Positions 37,101-40,467 of a DNA stretch of 40,467 nt are shown piece after piece (position 1 is the first letter of the stretch; each line of letters begins with the position of its first letter). The stretch lies in contig JAKFDY010000539.1 in the NCBI GenBank assembly GCA_036675885.1, forward strand, positions 1 through 40,467. Direction: 5' to 3'. Position numbers and translations under genes: made by a program. The notes below the pieces were generated by a model. It searched no databases. It was not told the origin of the DNA and saw only the letters and a list, made by a program, of their open reading frames with translations. Source of the DNA: Lacibacter sp. GTDB lineage: Bacteria; Bacteroidota; Bacteroidia; Chitinophagales; Chitinophagaceae.

Positions 37101-38516
37101 ATATTGATACAGGTCGATCACATTCGTACCGGCATTGTAACCGTAAGATTCTGCGTTACCAAATCCATAAGCAATGGCATTAAAACCTGAATCGGATTGA
37201 ATAGTATAAACGCCGGAGGTTGGCAGGCTTTGTTTCAGGTAAGAATAATTTGCATCGCCGGGGTGAACGGTGAATGTTCCTGTTGGCAATGTATTACCAC
37301 CTGCATCTTTCAATCTGAATGAACTGATGGCTGTTCCCTTATTGGGAATCACTACATTAATGTAATGTTGAAGAATAGCAAAGTTGCCGGTTGCATTCCA
37401 GATAACTTTATTGATATTCTGCTCAACCGGGCTTAAGTAGATCACTTCGGGATCACCGGGTGAACTGTTACCACAAGCTCCCTGCGAGGTGAAATATTGA
37501 ACAACTGTAATTGGATTGTCCGCTTCGATCAACATTGGTTGATTGGTTACAGGAAGATCGTAATAGAATCCACCAACCAATGAACCTGATGAGAGTGCAA
37601 CACCATTTACTTTTACCACCGTTGATGAACTGGATACACAAATTCTATACAGGTTAAATGCCTGCGGGCTGGAAGCTGTTGCCATTAAATATTTTTTACC
37701 CCAGGCATTTTTGGGAAAAGCCTGCGCCATATAATTATCTGAAGACGACGATGTGCTGTTATTCGGACAAGTGATGCTGATACGTCCGCTTCCGGAAAAC
37801 ACAGCGATCTTTTTACAGCCACTGCCAGTGTTGATGGAACGAATAAATGTTCCGGTAAGATCAACCCCTGAGTGGTTGCTACCTGATGTGGCATTGGTAA
37901 ACTGCCCCATAATATTAAATACCTGTCCCTGCGTAAGTGTTACTGTGAATGGAACACCTGCCGGCCTGCTTAATGTTGCCTGGCTCGGTATTATTTCAAC
38001 ACTGGTGGTACCGGTATCAGCAGCAATAACATAAGCCCATGAATTGGCATTTGCCGTATTGGCCCTGTTTTGAAAATTGATGGAATAATATTCACGTCCC
38101 AAGGTATTGGTTGGAAAAAGAATGGTAGCGCCGGAAACATTTTGATTGTAAATATGGGCATAAGCAACAATGGGCTGATCGCTGGTAATATGAATGCCTT
38201 TGTTTTCCGGAGCAGAACTTTCGCTCAGCAAACGGGCATCCCGTGCTCCTGATTTGGGTAACGGGTTTGATGTGAAAACGGTATTAGCTGGAACGGAATA
38301 AGTAACTGAATAACCCAAACCCGGGATAGTAACAGTTACATTGGTAGCTGCTTCGGTTGCAAAGTACAGCACCATGTCCTGGCTGTTGCCCCCGGTCATC
38401 ACCTGGTGGTAACCGTAAGCAACCCAAAAGTCTCTTCCCTTATTGGAGAAATCCTGGGCGAAAGAGTACAGATTAGTCAGCAGCAAGCAGGCTGACATCA
38501 ACATCAATTTTCTCAT
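34125..38516 (-). CDS. T9SS type-B-CTD surface protein: IgGFc-binding-like N-domain plus multiple PKD domains
   Basis: DFSNKGRDFWVAY..GIHITSDQPIVAY..LFPTNTLGREYY; repeated WDFGD/WNFGD/WQFGDG; C-terminal PNTFTPNGDGINDSW..WDGKYKG..GTYYY..GYVTILR. Confidence 0.9.
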   Translation of the reverse strand: MRKLMLMSACLLLTNLYSFAQDFSNKGRDFWVAYGYHQVMTGGNSQDMVLYFATEAATNVTVTIPGLGYSVTYSVPANTVFTSNPLPKSGARDARLLSESSAPENKGIHITSDQPIVAYAHIYNQNVSGATILFPTNTLGREYYSINFQNRANTANANSWAYVIAADTGTTSVEIIPSQATLSRPAGVPFTVTLTQGQVFNIMGQFTNATSGSNHSGVDLTGTFIRSINTGSGCKKIAVFSGSGRISITCPNNSTSSSSDNYMAQAFPKNAWGKKYLMATASSPQAFNLYRICVSSSSTVVKVNGVALSSGSLVGGFYYDLPVTNQPMLIEADNPITVVQYFTSQGACGNSSPGDPEVIYLSPVEQNINKVIWNATGNFAILQHYINVVIPNKGTAISSFRLKDAGGNTLPTGTFTVHPGDANYSYLKQSLPTSGVYTIQSDSGFNAIAYGFGNAESYGYNAGTNVIDLYQYVTTQNANAIIKSPVTCKSSPFFLSLTLPYLPISMKWDFTGYPDVINNAPVADSTFVLNGKTLYVFKLPGNYIYNTAGKYPVVVTVNNPTPDGCLGEQIINFDLEVLDPPTATFSWANTAAAGCTDSLISFTGINTSNGRPVIKHYWDFGDVTTANTFNPSKAFSNPGQFKIRYVAMTDAGCLSDTTEQLITVTKTPVAKFGIIDPLCVGKTLTFKDSSTLAGGFGSITNWTWNTGIGSPINNTTAANVTSAFAATGNYTATLQLKTNTGCLSPVYSMPFTIRPNPVVDFTVSYGCMPDPVINFNSTSTIADGTQSAFNYFWNFGDAASGVLNNATIQNPSHQYPSIGPFNTKLKITTAYGCADSVTKAVDKIYPQPKADFTAPAEVCWQTPVTFTNASDGFTHPVTKWEWRFSDGTSSTQKDPVKNFANPGTYTATLWVFTDQNCVSDTVVKTVIVNPWPTANFTTSALVCEKNAITFTNTSTANTGSIVKSHWQFGDGNTITSTNISSANYVYSNWGDYTIRFVTENSKGCISDTLVRTMRINPLPKPGFVLPEVCLSDAQAIFTDTSSIADNSAGQMTYLWKFNTGSPAVTPAPTPVTSTSKTPSVTFNKAADYLLSLEVTSKDGCRDSVVAIPFTVNGSIPKADFLVRSANTLCSNQDVELEDKSTVDFGNVTKVEIYWDNANAPTVVETDEQPSAGKVYKHRYPEFQSPLTKTYQVRYKSYSGILCVDEEIKTITVNASPLTQFNTLFGVCLNDVPFQLMQGNEIGGLSGTGVYTGPGVNANGLFNPTGAGVGTHSIRYTFNASNGCVSTSDQTIEVWPVPIANAGPDLTVLEDGVRKITNVTASGTDLQFLWSPSTYLDDVTLQLPTILQPKDDITYLLTVTNGFGCKATDDLFIKILKSPRPPNTFTPNGDGINDSWEIKFLNDYPGAVIEVYNTAGSMMYRSVGYSTPWDGKYKGSPLPAGTYYYVLDPKNGRKRITGYVTILR

Positions 38517-38589
38517 TACGTAAGCATGTGGATGTGGACGTACAAGTTAAGCGTTTTCCTGTACAAGACACAATGCTGAAAGTTCAAGT

Positions 38590-39237
38590 TCAGGAAATAT
38601 TTATCCGGCGGAGATAATCTGTTGCAAGTGGTCCTTCACAAAAAAGCAAATCAAGTATACCGAGGTTTGGGACAAAGCCATGTCGTTCTGAAAATACCTG
38701 CTGGTAAACAGGGAAATTTTCAACAGTTACTGGTTCAGTTTTTTTGGGTCGCTGAGAAATTAGTTTCATCGCCTCCTCCTCACTATAAGCCAAAATGTCA
38801 ACTTTCAGTTTCAACCGTTGGAGACAATAATCCATGCTTTTCAGATTCAGATCCATCAGGTACTTTTCCTTCCGTAAAAACAGTTGCTGCAGTTCCGGGG
38901 CATAATCTTCAAACCAGGGAGCCTTCCGGTAATTGTCGTGGATGCCCCGCCAATGGATCCGCTGCCAGGGTTCGGCATAATTGATCCTCACATCCTTCCA
39001 TTTTACTTTTTGATCACGACCACCTTCCAACGGAACGGAGAGAAGGAGAGGTCCATTTGCGCCCATCAGCTTCATCCTGTTCAAATGAAGTGCACGGAAG
39101 TAGCTTTCGTATGCAGAAAAAAACACATTTGTTTGATTGATAAACTTTAAATACGAATAAACATTTCCAAAATATTGTAATTCAATAATTTGATTCTTTT
39201 TTTCACCATCCGAATTTATCTCTGAATCATTTTTCAT
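38590..39237 (-). CDS. WbqC family protein
   Basis: QYFG, NR..LMGANG..LSVPL, WQRIHW..NYRKAPWFEDY, YQQVF..GFVPNLGILDLLFCEGP. Confidence 0.88.
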   Translation of the reverse strand: MKNDSEINSDGEKKNQIIELQYFGNVYSYLKFINQTNVFFSAYESYFRALHLNRMKLMGANGPLLLSVPLEGGRDQKVKWKDVRINYAEPWQRIHWRGIHDNYRKAPWFEDYAPELQQLFLRKEKYLMDLNLKSMDYCLQRLKLKVDILAYSEEEAMKLISQRPKKTEPVTVENFPVYQQVFSERHGFVPNLGILDLLFCEGPLATDYLRRINIS

Positions 39238-39423
39238 TTTACACGCCTTATTTCGATTTTTTAACCCTGTTTAACCAGTTTATTAATTACAGTAAAAACT
39301 ACTTAACTTATTTTAAAACAATTTTTTAAATATTAATTTTACAGCTACATTTTTTTGTGTTGATTTTCAACCTGCTGCACCCGGAAATCAGCTAACTATT
39401 TTAGCTCAAATTTAAGGCTTCTT

Positions 39424-39945
39424 TTGAAGCTGGCTAAAGAAATGTCAGCAGCATGGCTTAATTTGCGGCAAAACAATTTGAACGTGTACAGGCTTCTCTC
39501 TTTCCTTTTTTTGACCGGCATCTTTACCCTTTCCTGCAACAGTTTTAAGATTCCTGAATACAAGGAATTTCAAAATCTGCGACTTGAGTCGATCGGGCTT
39601 AACGAAACAACTGTGTACATGGAACTGCTGTACAACAACCCGAACCGGATCGGATTTCGGGTGAGCCATACTGAAGCAGATGTATATGTTGATGATGTTT
39701 ATTTGGGGAGAGCGTTCAGCGATACTTTGATCAAGGTTGCCAGAAAGTCAGATTTTATTATTCCGCTCCGGATTAAAACTGATATGAAGAATGTGTTTAA
39801 AAATGCCTGGTCGGCGTTGTCGAGTCGTGAAGTAACGGTGAGAGCTTCGGGTGTAATTACGGCCGGGGTTGGTGGACTTTATAAAACTATTCCGCTGGCA
39901 TATGAAGGCAAACATGAGGTGGGGTTATTTGAACCGAAGCCATGA
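39424..39945 (+). CDS. LEA type 2 (WHy domain) lipoprotein
   Basis: Lipobox FTLSC, YNNPNRIGF, VYVDDVYLG, DFIIPL. The true start is probably later (about 39478-39484). Confidence 0.8.
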   Translation: MKLAKEMSAAWLNLRQNNLNVYRLLSFLFLTGIFTLSCNSFKIPEYKEFQNLRLESIGLNETTVYMELLYNNPNRIGFRVSHTEADVYVDDVYLGRAFSDTLIKVARKSDFIIPLRIKTDMKNVFKNAWSALSSREVTVRASGVITAGVGGLYKTIPLAYEGKHEVGLFEPKP

Positions 39946-40075
39946 GTTTTCGCCCGATTGATTCGTTGAGGGATTTATAATGCTGCCTGTTGACACGTGC
40001 CAGCTTCTGATTTCATAGTCGCTATCCCAATATTTGCTTTTCAGGAATAAGCAATTAGAAATTGTCTAATGCTAT

Positions 40076-40149
40076 ATAGCTCATAAACTTTGAAAATAAA
40101 GCTCATTTGATTAAAAAAATGAGCTATAAATGCTATTTTTATGAGCTAT
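40076..40149. promoter_or_regulatory. Four-box symmetric operator array
   Basis: ATAGCTCAT 40076, AAAGCTCAT 40098, ATGAGCTAT 40119, ATGAGCTAT 40141. Confidence 0.7.
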
Positions 40150-40159
40150 AAAAAATGTT

Positions 40160-40384
40160 ATGGCCAAAGAAAAGAGAGATTACAACGAATTAATCATTGC
40201 CTTTATTAAGGAACATCCGCAATGCAGTTCACAGGAAATACTTTCCGGCCTGCACTTAAACATCAGCATTGCTACCCTAAAAAGAGCCCTTCAAAAACTG
40301 GTAGCCCAAAACCTGGTTTCCATAACCGGTAAATTAAAAAGCACTATAGAAATGGGCTTTAAAGTACCCCGACTAAATAATTGA
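40160..40384 (+). pseudogene. Winged-helix N-terminal fragment, probably of a Fic-family protein, apparently truncated
   Basis: IIAFIKEHPQCSSQEI..ISIATLKRALQKLVAQNLVSITGKLKST matches a wHTH that I recall at the N-terminus of Bacteroidota Fic proteins. The sequence turns to unrelated residues where the wing should finish. Confidence 0.5.
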
Positions 40385-40467
40385 TTCGCAAATAGGCTGC
40401 AAAGTGAGGCTGTAATCTTTGTGCAATAAAATCTAAGATTATGTTCACAGGTTACAACTTATCGGAG
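40346..40467 (+). mobile_element. Possible left end of an insertion sequence, with an ORF starting at 40441 (MFTGYNLSE...)
   Basis: Abrupt break in the upstream coding sequence, about 95 nt of leader, then a new ATG. The 9 visible residues are reminiscent of IS1595- or IS982-type transposase N-termini, but the family cannot be fixed. Confidence 0.35.

Overview
Chromosomal window from a Bacteroidota genome, probably Chitinophagaceae-like. The assignment rests on T9SS PorP/type-B CTD genes, TAnnTTTG promoters and a Bacteroidota-type LptD. Most of the window is housekeeping or envelope genes: a GH3 beta-glucosidase running off the left edge (missed by the ORF track), a TonB-dependent receptor, an ABC-F ATPase, tRNA-Arg(TCT), ung-plsC, lptD/amidase/mlaD/OstA-like, nhaD, nnr, an ECF sigma-membrane protein-Hsp20 unit, a membrane pyrophosphatase, BlaI/M56, a T9SS adhesin with PorP, WbqC and an LEA_2 lipoprotein. 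The most unusual signals are in short features. (1) A tandem pseudo-copy of tRNA-Arg keeps the TTCTAA loop but has its anticodon stem replaced by a different palindrome. (2) Degenerate heptamer-period arrays and small GC-rich REP-like palindromes fill many intergenic gaps, with no cognate transposase in view. (3) A DUF6922-like/AbiEii-type nucleotidyltransferase pair has its upstream gene frameshifted in an A7 run. (4) An orphan Imm74-like gene is present. (5) Several operator or promoter motifs can be read directly. (6) A probable Fic gene appears interrupted by an insertion at the right edge. All family assignments are by eye from motifs; no searches were run.
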